Notes: generated by a model from the letters alone, not told the origin. Numbered from the stretch's first letter, positions 21,139-33,484 are shown. The stretch is 64,000 nt of DNA from Verrucomicrobiota bacterium (GCA_021733835.1 JAIPKD010000004.1:1771-65770); one strand, 5' to 3'. Numbers and translations: made by a program.

Positions 21139-22089
21139 ATGAAAGATCAAAATAGTTACACAAGACGTACATTCCTGAAGACGGCTGCCTGCGGCATCGC
21201 CGCCGTGCCCGCTGTCGGGTCTTACGCGGCACCCGCCACGCAAGAGGCGCGAGTGAATTTCGCTCTCGCCACCTATTCTTACTGGCACTTTCGTCCGCCA
21301 AGGACGCCGGTTTCAACGGTCATAGAAAAAGCGGCGCGACTTGGATTCGGCGGAGTCGATATCCTTCATAGGCAAATGGATAGCGAGGAGAAGTCGTACA
21401 TGAACAAACTCAAAAGGACGGCCCTCGTCAACGGCATCGATCTCGTTTGCCTGTCCATCCACCAGGACTTCGTTTATCCATCCGCCGAAGACCGTCAGAG
21501 GAACATCGAGCACACGATCAAGTGTATCGAACTCGCGTATCAAATGGGAATACCCTGTATCAGGCTGAACTCGGGCCGCTGGAAGACGGTTGACACATTC
21601 GATCGCCTTATGGAACTGCGTGGAGAGGAACCGGTGCCGCCCGATCACACCGTCGACGAAGGCTTCAAGTGGTGTATCGATTCCATCGAGAAATGCCTGC
21701 CTACGGCTGAGAAATGCGGCGTTACCCTCGCCCTCGAAAATCATTGGGGTCTGACCTCGACACCCGACGGCCTGCTGCGCATCGCAAACGCCATCGACTC
21801 GCCATGGCTCGGCGTCCTTATGGATACGGGAAACTTTCTCGAAGACCCTTACGATAAGCTGGAGATGATCGCGCCGAAAGCGGTCTTCGTCCAAGCAAAA
21901 ACATACTTCGGCGGCGGCGAATGGTATACGCTCGATCTCGACTACAAACGAATCGCGCGCATCCTCGCCAAGAATAATTACAACGGCTATATCTCGCTCG
22001 AATTCGAGGGCAAAGAAGACGCGGACTCAGGAGTACCCAAGAGCCTCGAGTTACTCCGGAACGCCTTCAGTGAGTATCCGGAAACTTGA
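21139..22089 (+). CDS. Tat-exported sugar phosphate isomerase/epimerase family (TIM barrel)
   Basis: TRRTFLK Tat motif, LALENHWG, MDTGNF, ISLEFEG. Confidence 0.88.
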   Translation: MKDQNSYTRRTFLKTAACGIAAVPAVGSYAAPATQEARVNFALATYSYWHFRPPRTPVSTVIEKAARLGFGGVDILHRQMDSEEKSYMNKLKRTALVNGIDLVCLSIHQDFVYPSAEDRQRNIEHTIKCIELAYQMGIPCIRLNSGRWKTVDTFDRLMELRGEEPVPPDHTVDEGFKWCIDSIEKCLPTAEKCGVTLALENHWGLTSTPDGLLRIANAIDSPWLGVLMDTGNFLEDPYDKLEMIAPKAVFVQAKTYFGGGEWYTLDLDYKRIARILAKNNYNGYISLEFEGKEDADSGVPKSLELLRNAFSEYPET

Positions 22090-22094
22090 TCAAA

Positions 22095-24437
22095 CTAGTC
22101 CACGGCCAATTCGTAAAGGATAGTCGCACCCTCGCCCGTTGCGTCCGCGACATCGGCGGTAAACGTCAGCGTATGATCATTCGTGCGCACCGGCAGCTCC
22201 TGAACACGCCGTCCGCCGAGTGAAAGCGCCCAGACCTTTACGCGCGTGATGTCCGTGTCCGGATCAAACTCGATTGAAACCTCGGCGGTTCCGGCGCGAA
22301 CCAGGTACGGCAGTTGTCCCCAGTCCAACAGCGTCTTACGCGCCTTTTCGGCATATTCGATCCCGGAGTTCTGAAGATCTGTCAGGTGCGTCACGAGCAA
22401 CCGCTTGCTCTCAGGAATCTCGGCGCCGTCCAATGCGCTCACCCAGACGGTGGCGTCGTAGCCACCGACCGTTATCCGCACCCCGGCTTCCCCGGCATCA
22501 ATGGTCTTGCCGACGCTTGCAAACCCGCCTGCCGTACGCGGTGTGTCGATGACCATTGTTCCTTTGTCGCCTTCGACCAAAATTTCGCCTGTCTCGCTCT
22601 CGAAAATATTCGACCTCGGATCGGTCGGGTTTTCGTCCGAGACGATCCCGCGCTCGCGAAGGAGCCCAAGAACCTCCTCATCGCCGAGCGAATATGGATA
22701 CTTATCGATCACGGCGTCACTCTCATACGCCGCAGCCGGCGTTTCCCATTCCAGCGGCAGGCCGAGCGTCAAATCGTAATCTATCTTATCCTCGGCGACA
22801 TAAGTGCCTACCTTTGTTATCCACGCCGCCCAATGCCAGTCCGGCGGAATACGGGGAATACGATTTTTCGGATTCCGCAAGTCCTTCGGCGTCATGGTCA
22901 CCGCCACACTGTGCGGCGCCGGCTGCATATCACCGCGGAGGAACAGAAGCAAAGACGCCCTCTCGGCCGCCTGACTTAATGGGTCGGAGGCGAGATCGAA
23001 ATACCCCATCCGCGACGGCTCGGAAATCGAGTTGCGGCTATGACTATATGCAAACCGCCAAATACCATCCCAGTCCTGCAATGCGCCCATTGCGCCGGTT
23101 AATATTCCGCCGACGCCCCGGAAACGTCCCGGCGCCGAGTAATTGTACTCGCTTATCGTATATGGTTTACCCAATAACCGCGTAAACGTCCGCGTCCTCC
23201 CGCCGTCAGCGCCGGAGCTGATCGGATTCTCGTTCGGACACCGGCTCGGCAGCCGCCAGTCGTTCTCAAGGAACCGTGGATGATCCACATAAAAATGATC
23301 GTCCACGTAATCATACTCCGCGCGCGCCGCCTGGTCGGTCACGTAATACGTCCATGAATTCGCGTTACTGATCAGCGCACGGCAGCCGATCTCATCCCTC
23401 AGGAATCGGCGCATTTCGCCGGTCATCCGCCGCTCTGTTTGTGAAAGGAAGAGTATGAAATCCCGCGTGCGCGGCGAGTTCGACCAGAGGTTCTCGGGCA
23501 TATCGACTGAGCCTACTGCCGGATTCTCGTTATCATTGAGGACACCACCCCATTCGGACTTCAGCCCCTCTTTATCACCAAACCTGTCAACCAGCCATCT
23601 ATTCCACGCCTCGCGCCATTCCGGGATTTCTTTGATCTGACTATAGAAATTCGCGAAGTTACCCTCGTTAATCATGACAAGGCCGATTAAAGCCGGATCA
23701 TCCGCATACCGCACACTAGAGACGCTGTTTGTTCGATCGAGGAAGTTCCGGGCAAACTGTTTCCAATTCTCACGAGCACCATCGTGCACGGGGACGAGTA
23801 TCTTGAACGTGTTCATCGGTATCACGCCTTGTTTCGACTCGCCGATGTCCTGATAGCGCACACGCCGCGAAACAAATATATCCGTCGTCCAGTAAATCCC
23901 ACGCCTACGCAATGCGTCCACCAGGTAGTCCAGGCACCGCGCCTGCTCGGGATTCAACTTAGTGCCCGCCTGCTCCGACGTAACCAAGTCTCGCTCGTAA
24001 TGATGTAGCCGCACCGTGTTATAACCTATGCGCGCCAGACGCTCGGCCAGCATATCAGCTGTAGATTCATCCAGGTACTGCGCACTGAAGCAGAGGTTAA
24101 CGCCATAAAACTTCTGCCGCGTCCGTGGTTTGTCGGCAAAAGCGAACTTCCCGTCATCACTCAGTATCACCCTCCCATACTTGCCCGCCGGTGGATCGAC
24201 GAAACCCATCGCCGTAAAATCCAGCGCGGAACCCGCCTTGATCTCAAGCTCAGGCTCAAGCTCGATCCAGTCCGCGCCCGCGGACAGTTCAACTATATCG
24301 TCGTCATCCCCGGCCGCGATCACCGAACTTGAAACCAATCCAGTAATAAAAACAACACCGCCGACCAACAACGCACACCCCCATCGATACACAACACTCG
24401 ACCTCTTCAGAGACAAAAAAGTATGGATCACGTTCAT
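22095..24437 (-). CDS. secreted GH5/GH-A-clan-like protein
   Basis: FYGVNL, GYNTVRLHH, MINEGN (acid/base NE), PYTISEYN (nucleophile-like). Confidence 0.7.
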   Translation of the reverse strand: MNVIHTFLSLKRSSVVYRWGCALLVGGVVFITGLVSSSVIAAGDDDDIVELSAGADWIELEPELEIKAGSALDFTAMGFVDPPAGKYGRVILSDDGKFAFADKPRTRQKFYGVNLCFSAQYLDESTADMLAERLARIGYNTVRLHHYERDLVTSEQAGTKLNPEQARCLDYLVDALRRRGIYWTTDIFVSRRVRYQDIGESKQGVIPMNTFKILVPVHDGARENWKQFARNFLDRTNSVSSVRYADDPALIGLVMINEGNFANFYSQIKEIPEWREAWNRWLVDRFGDKEGLKSEWGGVLNDNENPAVGSVDMPENLWSNSPRTRDFILFLSQTERRMTGEMRRFLRDEIGCRALISNANSWTYYVTDQAARAEYDYVDDHFYVDHPRFLENDWRLPSRCPNENPISSGADGGRTRTFTRLLGKPYTISEYNYSAPGRFRGVGGILTGAMGALQDWDGIWRFAYSHSRNSISEPSRMGYFDLASDPLSQAAERASLLLFLRGDMQPAPHSVAVTMTPKDLRNPKNRIPRIPPDWHWAAWITKVGTYVAEDKIDYDLTLGLPLEWETPAAAYESDAVIDKYPYSLGDEEVLGLLRERGIVSDENPTDPRSNIFESETGEILVEGDKGTMVIDTPRTAGGFASVGKTIDAGEAGVRITVGGYDATVWVSALDGAEIPESKRLLVTHLTDLQNSGIEYAEKARKTLLDWGQLPYLVRAGTAEVSIEFDPDTDITRVKVWALSLGGRRVQELPVRTNDHTLTFTADVADATGEGATILYELAVD

Positions 24438-24551
24438 ATCATTATTAAACGCATTCTCGAACCAAATATTCGAAATACCCGGTGAAATCCAGTAACAAAT
24501 TGCGAAAACCCGAATAATATTGGGCGTAATCAATTCGTGTCACCATATATC

Positions 24552-24672
24552 GGAGCGCGGCTGTGCTGAAAGCCAGCCGCAGCAGTATAAATAGGTAGTG
24601 GCGCCTGGTAATTGAGTAAAACCGTGGCGTTCGAATCTGCTGCAGCTGATCCTGCGGATACAGCCACGCTCC
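24552..24672. repeat. REP-like inverted doublet (REPIN-like), family A
   Basis: Same arms and same 121-bp length as 1891-2011. Confidence 0.8.
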
Positions 24673-24866
24673 GCAACTCCCCTCTCGTTCGCATACACGT
24701 TTTCGTTTAGTATGATCGACTGCGGGAGGATTAAATCCGAAGCACGAAACAAATTCGAATGACCGAATTATACACGACGACATAAATAATTGCGCATAAT
24801 CGGCGCAGTGTAGTATTCGGTTGCCTCCACATCACTAATTGCTCCTGTACAGAATAAACTATGTGT

Positions 24867-25346
24867 CTAAGAATCGCCCGGCTGGGCTCCCCCTCCTTCG
24901 AAATCCAAATCCAAATCCAAATCGGGATCGAAATCGAAATCGCTATCGAAATCCTCCTCCTCTATGACCAAGTAGGTTCCGAGCTCTTCGCTAACGTCAT
25001 AGCCCCTCCCACTAAGCTGGCTGAGCATTGCCGCCATGCGGTCTGTCTCTGTTCTACGTTCCCGGCTCTCGGCCTTGTCCAAAGCGTTGCCGACTACGAG
25101 AACGTCCTGGATCGCTGCGCACTCCAATGCCGATCCGCGGGTGATTTCGAAGTATCGCCGCCGGTCGGCTTGTGCCGTCTTGCCGTTTGCTTCGGCAATG
25201 TTCAACGGGATCGACTGACTAGCGCGAAGCCACTGGCCACGTGCCGGACAGCGCGCTCCGGTCAACGAATCGGTCTTCTCGTAAACCCAGGCCGCGTATC
25301 CGATTGACAGACGTTAGACGTCAAGTTTCTCGCGTCCAAGTCCCAT
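24867..25346 (-). pseudogene. four-helix-bundle protein with premature stop
   Basis: MGLGREKLDV*RLSIGYAAWVYE...RASQSIPLNIAEANGK...RGSALECAA; in-frame TAA at 25314-25316. Confidence 0.8.
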
Positions 25347-25517
25347 GATGCTCGATTTAAACCCCGATCCCGATTTCGATCCCGATCCCGATTTCGATTT
25401 CGATTTGGATTATGACCGAACTACTAGGTGGCACGGAAAGGTGTTATGTGCATTTAAGTCGTCGTGTATAGAAATGGCCAAAACAAAAAAATTCAAGTCC
25501 CTTCTGATCTCAGACCA

Positions 25518-25577
25518 CTCAACACCTCAACACCTCAACACCTCAACACCTCAACAGCTCAACAGCTCAACAGCTTA
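25518..25577 (+). repeat. octamer tandem repeat CTCAACA(C/G) x7
   Basis: Read directly; shorter version at about 15281-15297. Confidence 0.85.
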
Positions 25578-25604
25578 ATCACTTAAAACCCGAGAGGAAA
25601 CTTG

Positions 25605-25801
25605 CCCCGTCAGGGGCAAAATATTTATAGCCACACCCGCCACACAAATCCGTTAAGTCCCTTTAGGGACGTAATATTTACTTCTTCATGGTGAACGTTT
25701 CATCCCTAACGGGATTCTGAAGGGCGTAGCCGGTTTGCAACCGAATGATGCCGTAGCATTCGAGGCCGCAGCGGCTGATCCTTCGGACACAGCCGCGCTC
25801 C
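25605..25801. repeat. cluster of REP-like elements (families B and A)
   Basis: CCCGTCAGGGGCAAAATATTTATAG, CCCTTTAGGGACGTAATA, TTTCATCCCTAACGGGATT, and GCGGCTGATCCTTCGGACACAGCCGCGCTCC. Confidence 0.65.
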
Positions 25802-25993
25802 GCTGGATCAAGCTCTCAGGATTAGTTTGATTTATCTCCGTATTTGTTTAACTTATAATTCCATGGTGGGGTTTGACTTTTTTCGTAAAACGATATTATC
25901 TTGCACCCGTCATTGTTCGGAGTTGACGAAGTCAATGGCAATCGGACAAAAAACCGATACCGCGTCGATTAACGTCAAAAAAACTGATCCTCG

Positions 25994-26662
25994 ATGAATA
26001 TATTATTCGCCCTATACAAATCCTCGGTAGGAAAAAAGTACATCGTCGCCGCAACCGGTTTTTTGCTCTTCATATTTCTCATCGGGCACCTACTCGGGAA
26101 TCTTCAAATCTACATGGGCGCGGAGAAGCTAAACGCGTATGCGCACTTTCTCCAGACAAAGCCGCTGTTGATTTGGGCGTCGCGCGCCGGCCTGCTCCTG
26201 ATAGCGCTCGTACACGTCACCACGACTATCAAGCTCGCATTGGAAAACAAGGCGGCGCGTCCTGTCGGATACGAAGTGTCGAAGGCCCCCTATGCGCCGC
26301 TGACCGCCAGGAGCATTCTCGTAAGCGGCATCATTATCGGCTTATTCGTAGTCTATCATATACTCCATTTCACAAGCGTCACGTTTAACCCTGAATTCAG
26401 CGACCTCCGCGCCGCCCATAACGTCTACGGCATGGTGGTGGCCGGATTTTCGAATACCTACGTCAGCGCCTTTTATATAATCTCGATGGTACTCCTGTTC
26501 ATGCACCTGCGCCACGGTATCTCGAGTTTCTTCCAGACATTCGGCATGAATAACAAAACATACAGAACAACGATTGAACGGCTTGCCGTTGTCGCCGCCG
26601 GACTCGTGTTTCTTGGCAACATATCGATTCCGTTGGTCGTACTCCTTGGATTCATCAAATAA
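25994..26662 (+). CDS. sdhC: succinate dehydrogenase cytochrome b subunit
   Basis: SSVGKK..ATG..HLLGNL, multiple TM helices, HLRHG; operon with sdhAB. Confidence 0.92.
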   Translation: MNILFALYKSSVGKKYIVAATGFLLFIFLIGHLLGNLQIYMGAEKLNAYAHFLQTKPLLIWASRAGLLLIALVHVTTTIKLALENKAARPVGYEVSKAPYAPLTARSILVSGIIIGLFVVYHILHFTSVTFNPEFSDLRAAHNVYGMVVAGFSNTYVSAFYIISMVLLFMHLRHGISSFFQTFGMNNKTYRTTIERLAVVAAGLVFLGNISIPLVVLLGFIK

Positions 26663-26680
26663 CAAAAACCTCCATCTCAA

Positions 26681-28581
<1,901 letters not shown>

Positions 28582-28594
<13 letters not shown>

Positions 28595-28640
28595 CTCAAT
28601 TACAAGTAACTCAGTTACAAGTAACGCAGTTACAAGCAAT
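28582..28640 (+). repeat. 15-bp tandem repeat CAGTTACAAGTAACT x about 4
   Basis: Read directly; the first unit contains the sdhA stop codon. Confidence 0.85.
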
Positions 28641-28645
28641 CAACA

Positions 28646-29431
28646 ATGAATCTCACACTCAAAATCTGGCGGCAGCAAAACTCGAAGGCGCAAGGCGAAT
28701 TCGTCGAGTACAAGGTGACCGACGTTTCAGAAGATATCTCATTCCTCGAGATGCTCGATGTGCTGAACGAAGACCTCATAGAGCGCGGCGAAGACCCCGT
28801 TGCATTCGACTCAGACTGCCGCGAAGGCATTTGCGGCGCCTGCTCTATCGTCGTCAACGGCATCCCACACGGACACCAATCGGGGACCACCGTCTGCCAA
28901 CTGCACATGCGCCACTTCGATGACAGTCAGAAAATCGTGGTCGAACCGTTCAGGGCCAAACCCTTCCCGATCATCAAGGACTTGGTCATCGATCGCTCGG
29001 CAATGGACAGAGTGATCCAGGCAGGCGGATTCATCTCGGTCGGCACAAACCAGTTCGCCGAGGCCAACGCCATCCCAGTCCCAAAAGACGTCGCCGAGTC
29101 CGCCATGGACGCCGCCTCATGCATCGGCTGCGGCGCATGCGTCGCGGTTTGTAAGAACGCATCCGCAATGCTATTCGTCGCCGCCAAAGTCTCGCACCTC
29201 AACCTGCTGCCGCAAGGCAAGCCCGAAAAAGACCGGCGCGTAACCAACATGATCAGGACTATGGACGCGGAAGGATTCGGAAACTGCACCAATATCGGCG
29301 CCTGCGAAACCGCCTGCCCGAAAGGCGTCAGCCTCGACTTTATAGCGCAGATGAACCGCGACTACGCCAAAGCGATCATTAAGGGACAATTATTAAACGC
29401 GTCCCAAACGGCGGCGCAGGAAACTAAATAA
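28646..29431 (+). CDS. sdhB: succinate dehydrogenase iron-sulfur subunit
   Basis: [28 protein letters not shown]. Confidence 0.96.
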   Translation: MNLTLKIWRQQNSKAQGEFVEYKVTDVSEDISFLEMLDVLNEDLIERGEDPVAFDSDCREGICGACSIVVNGIPHGHQSGTTVCQLHMRHFDDSQKIVVEPFRAKPFPIIKDLVIDRSAMDRVIQAGGFISVGTNQFAEANAIPVPKDVAESAMDAASCIGCGACVAVCKNASAMLFVAAKVSHLNLLPQGKPEKDRRVTNMIRTMDAEGFGNCTNIGACETACPKGVSLDFIAQMNRDYAKAIIKGQLLNASQTAAQETK

Positions 29432-29460
29432 CATTCGGCAACTGCACCGCGGCACCGGCA

Positions 29461-29661
29461 TCAGCCTTCCACAGGCAGTTCACCGAGTTGCATCGAGCTG
29501 ACCAAATCCTTCTCCGCCAACACCCAATCCTCCAACGTCAACGGATGCTGCGGCAATTTATCACGAAAAATCGCATAGGCATGTTGCCTGACCATCGACT
29601 TGGTGACGCCTGGCGTGAAAGGCTTCGGTTGCTCGACAGACCTCTTTTCTCTCCGCTCCAT
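29461..29661 (-). CDS. small hypothetical protein (DUF2934-like)
   Basis: VRQHAYAIF...EDWVLAE pattern; AGGAG RBS upstream. Confidence 0.6.
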   Translation of the reverse strand: MERREKRSVEQPKPFTPGVTKSMVRQHAYAIFRDKLPQHPLTLEDWVLAEKDLVSSMQLGELPVEG

Positions 29662-29746
29662 ACGCTTTACTCCTAACGCAAGTTATTCCAATAGGACCGA
29701 TAAATCAAATGAGTGCGGTACCTTTCACCATCCAATCGTTTCGTAG

Positions 29747-30088
29747 TTAATTACCTTGCTCTTTATCTTTCGCGCCCGGTACAACGGTCCCTGTTTGCCT
29801 TTCCTCCAATTCTTCTATTCTTCTCTTTAAATCTCCGATCTCTTGTTCCCGCTCGGCATCCGCCGCCTTTGCCGAAAGATACGAATCTCGCTCCCACCAA
29901 TCCACACCAAGTTCCTTTGCCTTATCAACCGACGCAATCATGAGACGGATTTTGATTGTCAGGAGCTCTATATCGGCTATTTGAATCTTTATATCTCCGG
30001 CAATAACAAGCCCTTTGTCTAGTACGCGCTCCAGAACATCGGCCAAGGTCGCGGACTGCAATGATTGAACATTACTTCGTTCTGTCAT
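29747..30088 (-). CDS. gvpJ: gas vesicle protein, GvpA/J family
   Basis: TLADVLERVLDKGLVIAGDI...ELLTIKIRLMIASVDKA..DWWE. Confidence 0.88.
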   Translation of the reverse strand: MTERSNVQSLQSATLADVLERVLDKGLVIAGDIKIQIADIELLTIKIRLMIASVDKAKELGVDWWERDSYLSAKAADAEREQEIGDLKRRIEELEERQTGTVVPGAKDKEQGN

Positions 30089-30118
30089 TTTCTTTTCCCT
30101 CTGTATATAGTTCCATAT

Positions 30119-30661
30119 TTATAGAAGATTTCCTAATGGCCCGAGGTCAACATTGAGATCTTCATCTTCAATCCCAAAAACCGCCTGGAGTTCTTGAAGT
30201 TTTTTACGCATAGCCTTCAGGCTAAGTCCAAGCTTCTGGATTTCAATGGCCGAGAGAGAACCTTTCTTGACCCTGCGATAGGCTTCTTTTTCCATCAGCT
30301 GCCTTATGAGCTCTATGAGCGTTAACACCAGTTTGGCAATCCCCTTCTCAGCGTTTTCTGGATCGGCTGCATCGATCAGCCGTGGAATATTCCTCTCGGC
30401 CTTTCTGATTTCGGCTTGGATTCTCTCTATTTCACGTAATTCCTCCGGAGAAGCCTCTCTGTTTGGATCAGTATAACCACGGTGTCCCAGCTCCTCGGCT
30501 TTTGATATCGATGTAAGCATAATACGAAGCCCGGCATAGACCAGATCGACGTCGGCCAGGCGGATGGCAAGTTCGCCCTCTACCACGGCTCCCTTTTCCA
30601 GAATTTTATCAAGCGCCTCGACGAGGCTGACATTATCAGTTTGCTGAAGTGATCTATTCAT
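30119..30661 (-). CDS. gvpK: fused GvpA/S-like + GvpK gas vesicle protein
   Basis: N-terminal SLVEALDKILEKGAVV..LADVDLV; C-terminal GIAKLVLTLIELIRQLME...DLNVDLGPLGNLL. Confidence 0.85.
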   Translation of the reverse strand: MNRSLQQTDNVSLVEALDKILEKGAVVEGELAIRLADVDLVYAGLRIMLTSISKAEELGHRGYTDPNREASPEELREIERIQAEIRKAERNIPRLIDAADPENAEKGIAKLVLTLIELIRQLMEKEAYRRVKKGSLSAIEIQKLGLSLKAMRKKLQELQAVFGIEDEDLNVDLGPLGNLL

Positions 30662-31478
30662 TAATATCCCCTAAAGCACTGAAGCTGAAAGGCGCGAGGG
30701 GACCGGCACATTCAAGGCTCAACCCCATAATTCCGAGCTTTTCATTAAGTTCGCGGATAATATCCAGGAAGGCGTTCAGTTCGTTGTTCTCTACCAAGTA
30801 TGCCGCATTGAAAACCATGGGTTCGGATCTGCCTACGATATGCTTATCGAGAACCTCCATGCGCCTCGAATCCGATGCGGCGTCTTCCATTCTTCGGAAT
30901 ATATCCTTGGATATGCGCTCAATTTCCCTATCTCGTTCCCGGTCGATAACCTTCTTAAAATCCTGTTCCAGAAAAAACGCCAAACCCTCAGGCTGGTTTG
31001 CGATTTTCACCTTTTCAGCGGCGATCTCCGGATTATGCTCGCATATAACATCATCCAGCGTATCCCTATTAACAAGAAATGCCTTAACGCTTAATTCTTG
31101 CTTCCCTCGAAATTTTTCTAAGAGTCGACTCAAATTCCCGTAATTACGTGATAATATCTGTTCCAGATTGGCGGTACTTTTGAAAATCGTGCCGAAACTC
31201 ATGGGAACCACACAAACATCACTGCTTCCTTTTTTAGTAGACTTCTGTATCACCTCGTGGTGTCGAAGGACTTTGCTCTTTATCCAATCCACATCCTCTT
31301 TTGCCTTCCTTTGTATCTCCTCAGTACCAAATTCATTTTCGGACACCTCACTGATTACGGCTTCTAAACCGCGGAAAGGATAGGAAAAGACACCCTCGTT
31401 TTCATCAACACCAATAGCATCAATGGCTTCATGGGCCTTGACAAGGTCGCGTATGCAATATAGGTAAATTAGATTCAT
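30654..31478 (-). CDS. GvpL/GvpF family gas vesicle protein
   Basis: IYLYCI, VVPMSFGTIF, FNAAYLV, GPLAPFSF. Confidence 0.88.
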   Translation of the reverse strand: MNLIYLYCIRDLVKAHEAIDAIGVDENEGVFSYPFRGLEAVISEVSENEFGTEEIQRKAKEDVDWIKSKVLRHHEVIQKSTKKGSSDVCVVPMSFGTIFKSTANLEQILSRNYGNLSRLLEKFRGKQELSVKAFLVNRDTLDDVICEHNPEIAAEKVKIANQPEGLAFFLEQDFKKVIDRERDREIERISKDIFRRMEDAASDSRRMEVLDKHIVGRSEPMVFNAAYLVENNELNAFLDIIRELNEKLGIMGLSLECAGPLAPFSFSALGDINE

Positions 31479-31549
31479 TTATTTTAACTGCACGAACACC
31501 CTCTGTCATTGTCATTTAAACGAAGAGTATCGGCTGATTCAAAACCAAA

Positions 31550-33484
31550 TTATATACGGGAAGAACTATAAAGGAGACTGCCAAGACTTGCAAGCCGATC
31601 TTCGCCTACTAATCTTGAAGATTGATATACAATTGTCTTTTCCACATCCGGAATTTTCTTATCGAATTCTTTCCTAACTACAAATTGATCCTCCATGACA
31701 GCACGACATGTAGGACAATTGCTTTCCGGGATTACACGATTAAGGAAGAGTGCCGGAATATGAATACCCGTTCGTTTACAGGCATCGACCAGATCAACTA
31801 TCTCTTCCAATGCCATGTCCGTTGGTATCGATACTACGTAAAGGGAAGCTCTGTCCGCATCAGTTAAAATGGATCGTAGATTCTTGATTCTCTTGGAGAT
31901 CGTCACCAAGAAATCAGAAACCTTTGGTAAGGAGAGCAGATTTTTGTATTTAAGCAGTAATCCAAATATGACCTTCAACCAATGCTCGACCAACTCGGGA
32001 AGTTCCAATAACCGGATTAAATGTCCCGTGGGCGCTGTATCCAGAACGAACTTATCGTATTCATTTTGTTCCATCAGCTCCACGATCCTGGAGAGTGCAA
32101 TTACTTCATCCAGTCCCGGAGGAGAAAGATCGAGAATATTCTCGATAACCTCCCTATCAAATTGCAAATCAACCTTCCCGCCGCCTGTCAGTGACCGGAA
32201 AAACTCCGCCACATCCTGTGCATAAATCTCTTTGAGCTGAGTAAACTCTGCGTGAGCGTTGAGTTCAATAGCCGTCAAACCAGGACGTACTTTAATCGGT
32301 TTCGCCCTAATGTGGGTATCTAAACAGTCCGACAACGAGTGAGCAGGGTCGGTCGAGAGTATCATCACTTCGCCTGCGCTGGATTCGTCGGCCAATCGTA
32401 CTGCCGTAGCGCACGCGAGGGTCGTCTTTCCCACTCCCCCTTTTCCTCCAAAGAGCAACAATGACTGATGTCCACCCGGAAATGGCGCAGGATTATCAAC
32501 TCTCTGTCGGGATACCTGACTTGTTTGTATTGTATCTGAAATCTTTTCAGGCTTTCTTACCTGATCCCAAAAACTTGAGAGGCGTTTGGCGCCCTGAACC
32601 TGGGCCCCCATGAGCGGAACGCTCCATAACGAGTAATCCGCAATATATTCGTCTGTAATACGCTTTAGGCAATCATACTGCTCTACGTATGCGTTATGAC
32701 ATACGGAACAGTTGTTGTCATCCAGGTATACCCTGTTGATTATTATTTCACATACAGGGATTTCCATACGCTTCAGTGCGTCCACCAGATCTCTGGTCTC
32801 CGGTATACTCATCGGATCAGGTGCTGTCACCGGCACAAAACGACATTCTTTGGAATTCTTCAGTTTTTTTTGCAAGTGCTCTATATTTGCGCTCAGTTCA
32901 TCCAGGAATTCATCGGTCTGATCCTTACGGTAACTACCGCGAAAAAGCATTACCATATAACGGTGCTTTGCGAGCATAGCGTCGAGAGCTTTAACCCATT
33001 TTTCCATTATATCGGGAAGCTCCATGAATCGAAGCACATGCCCCGTCGGCGCACTGTCAACAACGATACATGAATAATCAGTAGTATCAACCAAGTGGGC
33101 AATTCGAGTAAATGCCATTACTTCGTCGAGTCCGGGCATTGAAAGTTCAAGCAACTGACTTATATCTTCGTTATCGAGGAAGGTACCCCTTTGCGCTATC
33201 TGCTGCAATTGCTTCTCATGCTTGGATTTAAATTCCATTAAACTAGCTGAAGCATCGAGTTCATCAAGTTCCAGGTTGCGAGGCAGTACGGAATTTGCGA
33301 AGCTGTCTTTCAATGAATGCGCCGGATCAATGGAAACAACCAATATTTTTTCATCGGGGCGCTGGCATGCCAAGCTAAGTGAGGTAGCGGCGGCACAAGT
33401 GGTTTTACCGACTCCTCCCTTGCCGCCGAAAAGAATTAAGGATAAGTTCTTATCAAATAAAAAAGAAGGCAGTTGTCGCTCCAT
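31550..33484 (-). CDS. tandem ArsA/Get3-family ATPase
   Basis: Two GKGGVGKTT, two DPAHSL, DSAPTGH/DTAPTGH, and a CxxC in each half. Confidence 0.92.
   Translation of the reverse strand: MERQLPSFLFDKNLSLILFGGKGGVGKTTCAAATSLSLACQRPDEKILVVSIDPAHSLKDSFANSVLPRNLELDELDASASLMEFKSKHEKQLQQIAQRGTFLDNEDISQLLELSMPGLDEVMAFTRIAHLVDTTDYSCIVVDSAPTGHVLRFMELPDIMEKWVKALDAMLAKHRYMVMLFRGSYRKDQTDEFLDELSANIEHLQKKLKNSKECRFVPVTAPDPMSIPETRDLVDALKRMEIPVCEIIINRVYLDDNNCSVCHNAYVEQYDCLKRITDEYIADYSLWSVPLMGAQVQGAKRLSSFWDQVRKPEKISDTIQTSQVSRQRVDNPAPFPGGHQSLLLFGGKGGVGKTTLACATAVRLADESSAGEVMILSTDPAHSLSDCLDTHIRAKPIKVRPGLTAIELNAHAEFTQLKEIYAQDVAEFFRSLTGGGKVDLQFDREVIENILDLSPPGLDEVIALSRIVELMEQNEYDKFVLDTAPTGHLIRLLELPELVEHWLKVIFGLLLKYKNLLSLPKVSDFLVTISKRIKNLRSILTDADRASLYVVSIPTDMALEEIVDLVDACKRTGIHIPALFLNRVIPESNCPTCRAVMEDQFVVRKEFDKKIPDVEKTIVYQSSRLVGEDRLASLGSLLYSSSRI

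Noticed and set aside
24780-24830. attI-like or Xer-like sequence TTGCGCATAATCGGCGCAGTGTAGTATTCGGTTGCC, with attC-like remnants near 24870-24890 and 25413-25448
   Set aside because: Too degenerate to call by eye; no integrase and no XerD arm.
31550-33484. Arsenic resistance operon
   Set aside because: No arsB, acr3, arsC, arsD or arsR nearby; the gene is embedded among gvp genes.
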